Shown: positions 13,401 through 26,937, counted from the stretch's first letter. The stretch is 64,000 nucleotides of DNA from Octopus vulgaris (GCA_951406725.2 OX597824.1:9796001-9860000); one strand, 5' to 3'. Made by a program: numbers and translations. The notes: a model not told the origin generated them from the sequence alone.

Positions 13401-14570
13401 ATATAGATCATACTCTTATCTCCATTCAGTCTGCTGTTTCAGTCTTTCTCCATTTCTCTGCCTTCCTTTATTTCTTCTCCCTCTCCGCCTCTCTCTTTAT
13501 CTTTCTCTTTCTCTTTTTTTCTCCTTCTTTCTCACTCCACCTTCTCTACCCCTCCCCCCTCTCTCTCTTTCTCTTGTATATATGTTCATTATTTATATAT
13601 GGCCTCGCACAAATGTTATTGTAAGAAAGCATCAGATCGCTGCCAGCCCTGTATGATGAAGCATTTGTATTGAAGATGGAAACTTTGCAAGAAAGCTTTA
13701 TATTCCATCAACTGAAACGGAGCCTTTTGTTTCGTCGTGAAATAAAGATCATATACAGCCGACGGCTGTTCAAGTTTACTCACCTAACTCGTCATAACTG
13801 CTATTCATGTCTCTATGACGTAACAATGGCATAGAAAATTGATAATCTTTTGCTTAGGCAAAAAGCAAACAAGACCACAATGAAATTGTGTTACTTTGTA
13901 AATAATTCGAGCTTTGATTGCCCCCGAAAATTATTGATTTTGCGTTTTATTTTGCTGAGGTGAAAAAAAATAAACAAACAGTAAATGTATATTGTTTTTG
14001 TTGCTATTTTTTTTTAACATTTCCTCGTTTGTAAAGCAGTTAATTGGCAGAATCTTTCGTATTTTTGATAGAATCCCTCACATTATCTATTCCGATTCTC
14101 AGCACACTGAGTTCAAATCCCGGTGAAGTCAGCTCAGCTCTCGGCGTCGATATCTAAAGCACTACATCAGCGATTGACGATGGATTGGTAGAACTTTTAA
14201 AGGGTCTGGCAAGATGTTTTGTAATATCTCCTTCGGCTTTTTTTTGGCCTTCTTGGGGTAACGCATCGGAAGACACTGGAGTCAAGCAATATCCGGTGGT
14301 CTTTCCATCCATTGATTAATTTCACATTTCTAAACTAACTATATGAAATATATTTGGAATACAAGACAATATGACGGATTTTAAGTATGAATATTATGGA
14401 TTATTGAAGAAGAATAACCAAGGAAGTATATATGGATTTAAAGACTCTCATCAAAAGCAGTAAATTTCAATTTTTAATTTATCTTTCAAACAAACACCAG
14501 TTTATAGTTTTACTTCAAATTTTTTTTTAAAAACTACCATTCGATATGTTATACAGAATTCAAATTTTAT

Positions 14571-14660
14571 ATCCCTGAAGAGCAGAAGCGTTGTCTATAA
14601 ATGCTTATCAATATAGGATTTCATTATAGGGACAACTCTTCTGTGAAACGATCGTAAGAC
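14571..14660 (+). ncRNA. Type I hammerhead motif with long stem II
   Basis: CTGAAGA GCAGAAG..TTGTC..TATAA-loop-TTATAG GGACAA..CTTCTGT GAAA C GATC G TA; stem I imperfect. Confidence 0.6.
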
Positions 14661-15022
14661 GCTTAAAAAATTAATTCAAAACTTTTAAACTGTCATATAC
14701 ATTATATATCTATACTTATACATATTTACATATATTTTTATACATATTTATATTTATTTAGTTATATATTTTTAATACAACAATTATTTTTCACATGTGT
14801 ATATCTATCTGAGGAGTTTTAATATTGATTTCCTAATATTATTAATGATATATTAGTAAAAAAATATATATGTATATAATCGCTCGTATTAAATATATAA
14901 ATACTTTAATACTTTGATACAATAGAGCACTCAATATCAATTCAGTATATAATATTCTCATTGAATATATTTAACTAAAGATTCATATGTATATATATAT
15001 GAATTTTTATATACACTCATAC

Positions 15023-15073
<51 letters not shown>

Positions 15074-15076
<3 letters not shown>

Positions 15077-15141
15077 CAATATGTATAAAGGTACGTATCT
15101 ATGATTACATATATATGTACGTATTTATGAATATGTACGTA

Positions 15142-15199
<58 letters not shown>

Positions 15200-15267
15200 T
15201 ACGTACATATTCATAAATACGTACATATATATGTAATCATAGATACGTACCTTTATACATATTGCTG
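15074..15267. repeat. Perfect ~190-bp palindrome centred on (AT)n
   Basis: agcaatatgtataaaggtacgtatctatgattac... mirrored exactly by ...gtaatcatagatacgtacctttatacatattgct. Confidence 0.95.
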
Positions 15268-15719
15268 TATTTCGAGATGGTCATTTTTAATTTTTGACCA
15301 AATAAACACACGCACCATATATTCGTTCTTCACTCGTTTATTACTGTTCTTATTCTAACTAATGCCCATTGTCCGGAAATCTTTCGTCACACGTCTGTCA
15401 CCTCCTCAACAACATTTTCCTTCTTCGTGTGTGTTGAGATGCTTATTCCATTCTGTTCTATGATGTGTATCCTTATATGCGTATGCGTCTGTTTGTGTGT
15501 ATTTGTGTACGTATGTGTATGTGTGTGTATACATGTGTGTGTATACATGTGTGTGTATACATGTGTGTGTGTGTCATTGTTCTTAGTAGCACTATGCCCC
15601 TCCCCCAGCCCCGTCCCCTACCCCGTTGCCGCTGCTGCTGCCCTTGAACCCGACTTTTTGTACCGTTCTTGTAACCCACTGTGTTTGTGTGTTCGTCCAC
15701 GCTGCTACCATCGTGGAAG

Positions 15720-15751
<32 letters not shown>

Positions 15752-16778
15752 GGTGGTAGTAGTGGTGGCTATTTATCCTTCAGAGCTAACTGCTTCTACC
15801 AGAGATTGTATTGCAGACTTGAGAGAAAGGATCCTAAATATAAACCATTCTTGACCTGCAATTTATTACACTAACAACAACCCAGAGTAGCTTTTATAGA
15901 TTCCCGAACAAGTATTCTTATATTCAGCACCGGTTCTTAGTAAATAAAAATTGACATCTCAGAAACGTGTAATTGTAATTGATGTTAATGTAGTACAGTG
16001 CTATTTATAATGGTTTCTTTTAAAAGCTCGGCGAAGGAGAGAAATACGCAAATTCGTCCCATGCAGCACTCTGTGAAGGATTGTCTGCACATATTTAGTT
16101 GAAATGTGAAAGGTTTTGCTAATGCAATTCTCTCACCGCTGCATAAAGTTACTGAAGAAAAGTAATAAGTTAAAAGCTATTTTGCAGACGTAATTTCATT
16201 TTTGCTTCAAAACACGATAGAAAGTCGTTCTAACATTGCCGGGCTTTAGTTTTAGTTTAACATAAAAATTGTCAAACATAATGTAATTGGATTTACGTTG
16301 CAAGAGAATAATAACAATCCATCGTTTGCGAATGTATTCGTTTTAGTAATGTTGAAATATATAAACAAAGCATATTTATAAGTAACATCCAGAATCAGAA
16401 GAAACCAATGAAAGTTAGACTCAGTAAATCCAAGAGGGAAATGTGACACTTAAAGCAAATTAAGTTGCTGTGTGGGAACGAAATGATTCGCCATTTTGGG
16501 CAGAGGTTTTTTATGTTACTTTTGTGAGTCGTAACGTAGAATCGTTAAAATTCCGCATTTTCAAGATTAGTAGTAAATGGTCAGAGAGGCGACGCTCTGC
16601 AGCAGACACAATTCACTTCAAATTCAATTGATTAGAACTACACGATATGAAGTGCTTTGCTCAACGATGCCATGCACTGCTAGACTCTGAGATTTAATTC
16701 GAAACCTTACGATATTAAATAAAGTAGACTTACCAGTAGGCCACGTGACCTTTATTCTGGTCACGCGCTCTTTATTCT

Positions 16779-17008
16779 TATTTCTTTACTACCCACAAGG
16801 GGCTACACACAGAGAGGACAAACAAGGACAGACAAACGGATCAAGTCGATTATAACGACCCCAGTGCGTAACTGGTACTTATTTAATCGACCCCGAAAGG
16901 ATGAAAGGCAAAGTCGACCTCGGCGGAATTTGAACTCAGAACGTAGCGGCAGACGAAATACGGCTACGCATTTCGCCTGGCGTGCTAACGTTTCTGCCAA
17001 CTCGCTGC
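16779..17008 (-). mobile_element. SINE family A (tail A1)
   Basis: Full length; TSD cgcgctctttattct. Confidence 0.9.
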
Positions 17009-17489
17009 CATGGCGCGCTCTTTATTCTACTAACACAAAAATGTTACTTCCTTTTTTTGCTCCCCTTTTCAGTAATTTCTCTGTTATTGTGCTTGGGTGA
17101 TTTCATATATATTAAGACTAAATATTGGTATTGTGCGTTTAAAAACTATTCACTTCATTGTTTGTTTTGCTGTCAGTCTATCTTCCTAACACCCTAAGGT
17201 ACCCATACTTCATTTAGCAAAGCACGATGGATTAGCTCAATTGTGAGAGCGTTGGAAAACTGCTTTGCGGTATTTCTTCTGGATCTCTACGATCTGAGTT
17301 CGGATGCCTCCGGCGTCAATTTCTTCCTTCGTCGATAAAATAATGTATCAGCTATGAAATTTCGTTCCTGTCGAATTTTATCCCTAATTTTGTGGTTATA
17401 GAACCTAGCTGTTCTTTCTAGCGTGTTGAATCCCACGAGTGGATTCCTTATGTGTTTAAATGTACACTGTATCTTATGACTAATGATGG

Positions 17490-17871
17490 AAGCACTCCGT
17501 CGGTTACGACGATGAGGGTTCCGGTTGATCCGAATCAACGGAACAGCCTGCTCGTGAAATTAACGTGTAAGTGGCTGAGCACTCCACAGACACGTGTACC
17601 CTTAACGTAGTTCTCGGGGATATTCAGCGTGACACAGAGAGTGACAAGGCCGGCCCTTTGAAATACAGGTACAACAGAAACAGGAAGTAAGAGTAAGAGA
17701 AAGTTGTGGTGAAAGAGTACAGCAGGGATCACCACCATCCCCTGCCGGAGCATCGTGGAGCTTTTAGGTGTTTTCGCTCAATAAATACTCACAACGCCCG
17801 GTCTGGGAATCGAAACCGCGATCCTACGACTGCGAGCCCGCTGCCCTAACCGCTGGGCCATTGCGCCTCCA
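17490..17871 (-). mobile_element. SINE family C, tail i
   Basis: Full length; TSD cttatgactaat. Confidence 0.9.
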
Positions 17872-17970
17872 CCTTATGACTAATACATAGTCTTTGGACT
17901 ACATTTTTACACGTTAGGCCACTGGAAATGGAAATTTTAATTAATTTCCATTTCCCTTTCATATGATTAA

Positions 17971-18060
<90 letters not shown>

Positions 18061-18703
18061 GTAAATTTAAGGAGAAGCAGGTTAGGCAAGTCGATATACA
18101 AAACATCCTTACATTTGCTCCTCTAGCTGCTCAAGTTTAAAGCTGTTGAGCACTACGAGGTGTATTCTATACGGAGAATATCTGTCTCTCATCTATAAAC
18201 TATATATACGTATGTGTTTGCGTGTAACTCTATCATTCTGTGTGACGAATTTCTGCTCAATTTTTGCAATAAGTTTCTACCACACTCTGAAGCTATTCTA
18301 AAACAAACACTCCTAAAGTATTGCGAACTGGGATGGATCTCGGGATGCTGTGATCGAGAAACAAATTTCTTAAGTTAACCACACAACCGTACATATCTAG
18401 CTATATATACAGTTGTAAAATGGAAACGTAATCTTGTGTATTGTAAAAGACTTTGAGGAGACGAGATAACTACATTTTTATGTAATTCCATTTACTTGCT
18501 CTCTGATACGGCGTATTTACGTCAAACGAATTAAAAGTTCCTGAGGTAATACGCACACACAGACACACAGACACACATGTGCTTTATTTGTATCTGTGTG
18601 TGTATATATATATATATGTATATATACATATATACATATATATACATATATACATATATACACACACAAAGACACATACATATATATATATATATATATA
18701 CAC

Positions 18704-18835
<132 letters not shown>

Positions 18836-19201
18836 CACTAGTCAGACAAATTACATGATCCAATTCCAATATTCGAATTGGATCAAGTAAATTGTCTGAT
18901 GAACACTTCATTAATTGTTTAATTAAGCTGGAAACTCGGAGCGATAATGAAGGTTCTATAATAGTGTGTATTTGTAAATAGGTGTGTGCGTACTCATATT
19001 TACAGAGGTGGGGAGAATGGGAGACAGAGAGAGAGGCTGATATATAGATAGGTAGGTAAAGATAGATAGAGAGAGAGAGAGATAGACAAGCGGATAGACA
19101 GACAAACAGATACAGAGATAAGTACGTACGTACATACATACATACATACATACATACATACATACATACATACATACAGAAACATAGTTATAGAAAGACA
19201 C

Positions 19202-19948
<747 letters not shown>

Positions 19949-20201
19949 GCGGCATAAAGCTATATTTTATCACACAAGTTGAATTATATGTAAATCAAAT
20001 TTATTGCATAACCCCCAAGGATAACCAGTTTGTATTGCTAATAAAATTATTTATTAGTTGCTGTCAACGAACTGGAAATTTGATTTAATCACCATTTTAT
20101 AATACATACTTATACATGTATATATATATCTATATATGTTTGTGTGAGTGCGCGTGTGTGCATTATATACACAGATATATGTGTTACATACACATACATG
20201 C

Positions 20202-20241
<40 letters not shown>

Positions 20242-20406
20242 TCGTCGACTATAACTTTATCGTTGCCATGACACATGCATGATGTCACCAAACGAAAGCT
20301 AATTTGCTCTCATTGACCAAATATCGAAGTCTGTAATTTTAAATTAATCAAAAATTCTTGTTAGTAAACTCGAGGGTGATTCGCCAGCTTTATAGTTCGA
20401 GATTAT

Positions 20407-20948
20407 AAGGCGGCGAGCTTGCAGAAACGTTAACACGCGGGGCGAAATGCGTAGCCGTATTTTGTCTACCGTTACGTTCTGGGTTCAAATTCCGCCGAGG
20501 TCGACTTTGCCTTTCATCCTTTCGGGGTCGATTAAATAAGTACCAGTTACGCACTGGGGTCGATGTAATCGACTTAATCCGTTTGTCTGTCCTTGTTTGT
20601 CCCCACTGTGTTTAGCCCCTTGTGGGTAGTAAAGAAAATGGTATTTCGTCTGCCGTTACGTTCTGAGTTCAAATTCCGCCGAGGTCGACTTTGCCTTTCA
20701 TCCTTTCGGGGTCGATTAAATAAGTACCAGTTACGCACTGGGGTCGATGTGTTTGACCCCAGATTCGCTTGACAACCGATGGTGGCGTGTTTACGTCCTC
20801 GTAACTTAGTGGTTCGGCAAAAGAGACCGGTAGAATAAGTACCAGACTTACAAAGAATAAGTCCTGGGCTAGATTTGCTCGACTAAAGACGGTGTCTGTC
20901 CTTGTTTGTCCCCTCTGTGTTTAGCCCCTTGTGGGAAATAAAGAAATA
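20407..20948 (+). mobile_element. SINE family A head-body-tail-body-tail dimer containing a family B fragment (~20750-20893)
   Basis: Tail runs into ggtatttcgtctgcc at ~20640; outer TSD tatagttcgaga(t/g)tat. Confidence 0.85.
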
Positions 20949-20980
20949 TATAGTTCGAGAGTATGGAAAAGTCACTATGA

Positions 20981-21232
20981 TTGAACATAGAGATAATGTT
21001 TCGGGGCTTTTTTCTTTTTATTTTTTTCTTGGCTTTGTTGTTCGTAAGTTCGATCTCTGGAATATCCAGTGCTTTTTATAATGTTTTCTTCGGTTTCGTG
21101 AAGGCCAAACGTGTGGAAGTCTCAGCTGACGGATACCAGATGATATCCAGTAATCGGTCGATATATCGAAGGTCTATAAATTGCTCTATCTCTGACAGCG
21201 TTCTGCACAGGACACACCCCCAAGGAACGTGA
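20981..21232 (+). pseudogene. Ancient LINE RT relic (Rex1/Babar- or L2-like)
   Basis: ISSAFYNV resembles DFSSAFNTI; ISSNRSIY..NCSISD..HPQGT resembles LSNRxQxV..SD..GxPQG. Confidence 0.45.
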
Positions 21233-21549
21233 CTCGAACTGAATCAGTCTGCCAAGCTCGTTAATAGGTATCATCCATAGTAATTAAACAACAGAGCCAT
21301 GATATAATTATATAATTAATGAGTGCTTCATTCGTTTCATTGGTTGAGGTCGACTCCCCGCTTGTTTCTAACTGTAACTAGAATCATTCATGTCTTGGCG
21401 GTGACCTGGCAGAATTGTTAGAGCGTCGAACAAAATACTCTGCGATATTTATTCCGGCTCTGAGTTCGGATCCCGCAGAGGTTAACTTTGCATTTCATTT
21501 TTCCGAAATCGACAAAAAATGTACCAATCGATAGTATTTCGTACTCCCT

Positions 21550-21768
21550 TCTCTTTACTCTTTTACTTGTTTCGGTCATTTGACAGTGACCATGCTGGAG
21601 CACCGTCTTTAGTCGAGCAAATCTACCCCAGGACTTATTCTTTGTAAGCCTGGTACTTATTCTTCGGTCTCTTTTGCCGAACCACTAAGTTACGGGGACG
21701 TAAACACGCCACCATCGGTTGTCAAGCGAATCTGGGGTCAAACACAGACACACAAACATATACACACA

Positions 21769-21815
<47 letters not shown>

Positions 21816-21908
21816 GACGGGCTTCTTTCAGTTTCCGTCAACCAAATCCATTCACAAGGCTTTGGTCGGCCCGAGGCTATAGTAGAAGACACTTGCCCAA
21901 GGTGCCAC
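21550..21908 (-). mobile_element. SINE family B (5'-truncated), followed by an inverted B tail fragment (21909-22012)
   Basis: Matches the other B copies. Confidence 0.85.
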
Positions 21909-22040
21909 TAGGCTTACAAAGAATAAGTCCTTGGGTAGATTTGCTCAATTAAAGGCGGTGCTCCAGTATGGTCGCAATCAAATGACTGAAACAAGTAAAA
22001 GAGTAAAGAGAGTATTATTATTATAATTATTATTATTATT

Positions 22041-22510
22041 GAGTGAGCGAGCAGAGCATGCCATCGAAGTGACACTGGGGTAAAATATACGAAGCCCAGT
22101 ATACCCATCATGACTACCCGTCTGATAAGGGTACACCAGGCACATGCATCACAACCATATGTGCGCGACATGGTGATCTCATATCAAGATAAACAGCACA
22201 TGACCTTGCAGGTGGAGCCCAGTTAGAATTTTCTTCAGATCGAGTAACCCATCTCGCTCAAAAGGTCCCTGAATAAGGCTTGTTTAAGGATGTTGAACGA
22301 AACACCCATGTTTCCAGAGGTGAATTATTCAAACCCCAAAGAATCCTTCTCAACACATGGCTATGATGCTCCCCCACTACTTCTGCTCGTGATCAGAGAT
22401 GCACATATCGTCAGCCACTAAGGGACATGCTCAACTGGTTAAGGTCAAACAACTGACAAGCAAATCTGTGGTATTGAGCAGAATATTTGCTGTAGCCCTT
22501 CTTTTATACC
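22041..22510. mobile_element. Interspersed repeat embedded in (ATT)n; possible 3' UTR of a microsatellite-targeting non-LTR element
   Basis: 470-bp complex sequence with (ATT)n on both sides. Confidence 0.5.
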
Positions 22511-22511
22511 A

Positions 22512-22565
<54 letters not shown>

Positions 22566-22834
22566 GTATGGCAGCAAGCTGGCAGAATCGTTAGCACACC
22601 ACGTAAAATACTTTGCGGTATTTCCTTCGTCTTTACGTTCTGAAGTTCAAATTGCTCACTGGGGGTCGCTGTAATCGACTTACCTCCTCCCCCGAAATTT
22701 CTGGCCTTCAGCCAATATTTAAAAACCATTATTACTATCGTTGCTCTACAACAACGAAAGCTATTACATATTCGTACAAATGCTTTTACTCACTAATTTA
22801 ATTAGCAGCTATGCTATTTTGAGACTTGGTTACT

Positions 22835-23250
22835 AAAAGTCTCCTCAAATTTCAAGAATCTTTCTTAGAATTCTCACAGAAGACAGTACAGCACTTTGCA
22901 GCGGGTCAACAAGACGTGTCTCATTCCCAATATCCTTCAGTTTCTTAAGTAGCAGTTTCGCCATTGCTTCAAGTAGAAACAATCTTTACACTTCGTGTTT
23001 CGCAACCTCTTCATCTCTCTGGCAAGGTCTTGATGTTCCTCAATTTTCTCAGTTTCCGAAATATCCACTTTGCTATCATATGGCTTTGCAAATTCTATGA
23101 TCTTACATTTTGTTGTTGTTGTTGTTGTTGTTGTTTTCTGTTCTCCACGCTCATATCCGGTTTCTTTGCTTCAATAGCAATGATCAATCTCTATGGAGAA
23201 ATCCTATAAAATCCAGCGATAATCACTCACCAGGACAGCCCCTCTATAAT
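22835..23250 (-). pseudogene. R4/Dong-like non-LTR restriction-like endonuclease relic
   Basis: Minus strand reads DFSIEIDH..IEAKKPDM..IIEFAKPYDSKVDISETEKIEEHQDLAREMKRL..LQSAVLSSVRILRK (PD..D/E..EK RLE pattern). Confidence 0.7.
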
Positions 23251-23869
23251 AATTATTGCTGCTATTGTTTTTTGTTGTTTTTGTTGTTGCTGTTGTGGTT
23301 GTCGTTGTTGTTTCCTTCTAACTCATTTAGATGGTTAAAAATTTTGCTCAGAGAATTAGCTACAACGTTATTCAATTGTAATCAAAGGATTTCATTTTTA
23401 TTTTAAATCTTCTTTCAAACGAGGATTATTGCTGAACATTTTGGAAAGTAAACCCTGTACTGGGGTTAGACAACATTTGTATTCTACCCTCTATTTGTAC
23501 GTTAAAAAATGGCTGCTCGAGTTTCGTAAACTAACTTCTGATACAAATAACATTGAACAAAGCAATCCAGCTATCAAACAAAATGAAAGCAAAATGCAAA
23601 AATAATATTAATGAATACACAAATAAATAATAGAAAAGGATAAACTAATGACATTTCAGCGAAGAAAATTAACATAGCAGACGACACTTTTGACAACCAC
23701 AACGACAGAAATAGCAAGCAAAGCACCCTCAAGCTATATGCTACCACTTCAAAGTGGACATGTTAGATAATTCAGTGTGACATAAACCAGATTTAGAATA
23801 TGACGGAATTTCTACGGACGGAATGTCTTTCATCATAAGTCTGTTCGAGTAAAGCCAACAGCAGAAGCA

Positions 23870-24260
23870 GTGGAGGTGCCATGGCCCAATGGTTAGGGCA
23901 GCGGACTCGCGGTTTCGATTCCCAGACCGGGCGTTGTGTGTATTTATTGAGCGAAACCACCTAACGCTCCACAAGGCTCCGGCAGAGAGTGGTGGTGACC
24001 CCTGTTGTACTCTTTCGCCCCAACTTTCTCTCACTCTTTCTTCCTGTTTCTTGTCCCCGACTTCCTACGCAACCACTGAGCCTGGATGCGCGTTCATCCA
24101 TCCGTCGATGCTCTCGGTGTCGGGGGTTGACCTGCTTTCTCTTCTGCGGGTCTTACGAATAGCAAAGGACCACGTTTCGGACTTCTCCCATTACAGAGGC
24201 GCGATCTTGCGAGCTCTGGGACGAAGACTGCTTCGTTCAACAAACAAACAAACAAACAAA
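23870..24260 (+). mobile_element. SINE family C, tail ii with (CAAA)n end
   Basis: Same head as 12039; different 3' half shared with 52357. Confidence 0.9.
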
Positions 24261-24284
24261 CAGCAGCAGCAACGCACATGTATA

Positions 24285-24868
24285 CTGGTTTGAAATGTTG
24301 GTACAGCGTTTTTGAGGTAGGGAATAAGTTGATTACATCGGCCCCAGTGTTCAACTGGTACTTATTTTATTGAACCCGGAAGGATGAAAGGCAACGTAGA
24401 CCTCAGAGGAATTTGAACTCAGAACGTAAGAACGGACGAAATACCTATTTCACAAGGGGCTAAACACAGAGAGGACAAACAAGGACAGACAAACGGATTA
24501 AGTCAATTACATCGACCCAAGTGCGTAACTGGTACTTATTTAATCGACCTCGAAAGGATGAAAGGCAAAGTCGACTTCGGCGGAATTTGAACTCAGAACG
24601 TAACGGCAGACGAAATACCTATTTCTTTACTACCCGCAAGGGGCTAAACACAGAGGGGACAAACAAGGACAGACAAACGGATTAAGTCGATTATATCGAC
24701 CCCAGTGCATAACTGGTACTTATTTAATCGACCCCGAAATAAGTCGACCTCGGCGGTATTTGAAAACAAAGTCGACCTCGGCGGTATTTGAACTCAGAAC
24801 GTAGCGGCAGACGAAATACGGCTCCACATTTCGCCCGGCGTGTTAACGTTTCTGCCAGCTCGCCGCCT
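24285..24868 (-). mobile_element. SINE family A triple nest
   Basis: Two tail-to-GGTATTTCG junctions (~24445, ~24617); innermost host has an A2-like tail. Confidence 0.85.
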
Positions 24869-25531
24869 CAACATATGAGTATGTTAATGTATATGTTAGC
24901 GAATATAGACAGTTCTCGGCGCCATATTACTTAATCAACCATACCGGGTGAACATTTTGTTTAACTGTCTGAAAGAAGATCTAAAATTGTCCTTAACATC
25001 TGGAAATATTGATACAAACGCTACGTTCAACTATTTAAATTTATTTGAAGAGTTATTTTGCATAGGGATTTTGCAGTGGAGAGAAACCTTTGCATGTTTA
25101 TTTTTCACGATATTAATTTATGCCATTTGAAAGTTCAACAACTACAAATGGAATGGAAAGAAAAATAGTATATTTTACCAGCTTTTTTATATTATTATTG
25201 TTGTTGTTTGTGAGTCTGCATACTGAAAGCCAGTGTCTCCAGTTTTGAGGTTTTGTAGGGAAATATGGTTTTATTTATAGATATGATGAGATAAAGTAAA
25301 CAAAACAAAAAAAAAATGAGAAGACAATGCAGAATTTAAAATGTAAGAAATGTTGTCTTTTTCAATCTCAGGCGGCGGCTGATATTAAAATCTGAAAGAT
25401 GTAGAGCTACAGATTGAAATCTAAGAAAAGAAAAGCCTGACATATTTAAGCAAGAAAGAACAGAAAACCAGTGAGAGCAAAAAACACAGGTCTAAAATTA
25501 CACATCTTTGAGGTGTGGTTTCAGTGTTATT

Positions 25532-25763
25532 AAGGCGGCGAGCTGGCGGAAACGTTAGCACGCCGGGCGAAATGCTTAACGGTATTTTGCTTGTCGTTAC
25601 GTTGTGAGTTCAAATTCCGCCGAGGTTGACTTTGCCTTTCATCCTTTCGGGGTCGATAAATTAAGTATCAGTTACGCACTGGGGTCGATGTAATCGACTT
25701 AATCCGTTTGTCGCTCCTTGTTTGTCCCTTCTGTGTTTAGCCCCTTTTGGGTAGTAAAGAAAT
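25532..25763 (+). mobile_element. SINE family A (tail A1)
   Basis: Full length; 20-bp TSD ggt(g/a)tggtttcagtgttatt. Confidence 0.92.
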
Positions 25764-25849
25764 AGGTATGGTTTCAGTGTTATTTCATTTAGAAATCCAT
25801 CCTTTCTTTCGTCTGCCGCTACGTTCTGAGTTCAAATTCCGCCGCGGTC

Positions 25850-26392
25850 GGAATTTGTCCGTCCTGTTATAGAACAGGGCGGCCATCACCTCCCTTGCCT
25901 CAATTTCTGGTGGTACTTCGTTTATTCGGACGCGTGCTGTTCTCCTTCCCATGTATGTTGGGAGTAGCACCACCTCCTTCGTTTTCAGAGGACTCACTGA
26001 GTGCTCTTGGTCTTTTTCGGCCGTCTCAAATCTGTCCTCTATTGTTCCATATGCCCGGCCCCTCGCTATGTATTTTATATCTTTTCATATAGGGGCCAGG
26101 CATTTTTCTATTTCGTACTTTTCGAAGTGCTTGAATTTCTTCGATGAAGGACAGTACGTTTTGTAAACGACAGTCCTTCTCTTCTGGTTATCAACACTAG
26201 GGAGGGTGAGATCTTTATATCCCTACCCTCCTCTTTCATTCTCTCAAAAAGCTCGGAGAGCTTCTCCATTTCTATAACAATACTTTTAGAAGTTACAGCG
26301 GCTACTGCCGCGAACTTTTTTGCAGGCTCATGCAGCTGGTTCGTTTCTTGGATTATTTCGACCGACATATTCGTTCGAAATAAATGATACAC
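25850..26392 (-). pseudogene. LINE ORF1-like relic (probably Tx1/L1 type)
   Basis: Coding-like frameshifted segments MEKLSELFERMKEEG.. and VVLLPTYMGRRTARVRINEVPPEIE, resembling RRM-type ORF1. Confidence 0.5.
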
Positions 26393-26399
26393 AATTTAA

Positions 26400-26750
26400 T
26401 CCTAGAAAAAGGGAAACCTATACTTTTTTTTCTCTTAACGAGGACAACAGTTCAAATCCCACCCCTGCTGGGGCGGGGGCGAGACGTAGCAACAAAGCCC
26501 ACAACGTTCGAAATTTTTTTTTTTCACACAGTAATAAAATATAGAATCCAAAAAAAACGGGAAACCTATAATATTTTTTTTCCTCACAACGAGGACAACA
26601 GTTCAAATCTCACCCACGCTAGTGGCTGATGCCACAATAGAGCCTACAACGGCTAAAATTTAATTTTTCTCGCAATTATAAATTGCTTATCCCAAAAAAC
26701 GGGAAACCCCTAAATTTTTTTCCTCTTAATGAGGATAATAGTTCAAATTA
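26400..26750. repeat. ~147-bp tandem repeat, ~2.4 copies
   Basis: gggaaacc...tcctc(t/a)(t/c)aa(c/t)gagga(c/t)aa(c/t)agttcaaat recurs at ~26411, ~26559 and ~26701. Confidence 0.85.
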
Positions 26751-26845
26751 ATTGAAACGTCAGTAAGAAACGAAGATGACTAATTTGTCAATAATAAGCA
26801 ACTATTAACTTCCTTATCTCTATTTTCTTTTCTCCTTTTAAATGA

Positions 26846-26896
<51 letters not shown>

Positions 26897-26900
<4 letters not shown>

Positions 26901-26937
26901 GTTCGGTGTGTGGTAAAGCAATTTTTTTGCTGAACCC

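Noticed and set aside
13620-13860. Unique-looking segment with a possible minus-strand donor (GGTGAGT near 13783)
   Set aside because: No convincing reading frame or acceptor; an exon cannot be supported.
16864-17100. Recurrent ORFs MRNWYLFNRPRKDERQSRPRRNLNS and RRHLPKVPRSGTEPGTMW
   Set aside because: Antisense translations of SINE A and SINE B; recurrence reflects copy number.
26400-26750. Repeats with intervening sequence (CRISPR-like)
   Set aside because: Ordinary ~147-bp tandem units with homologous interiors, in a eukaryotic context with no cas genes.
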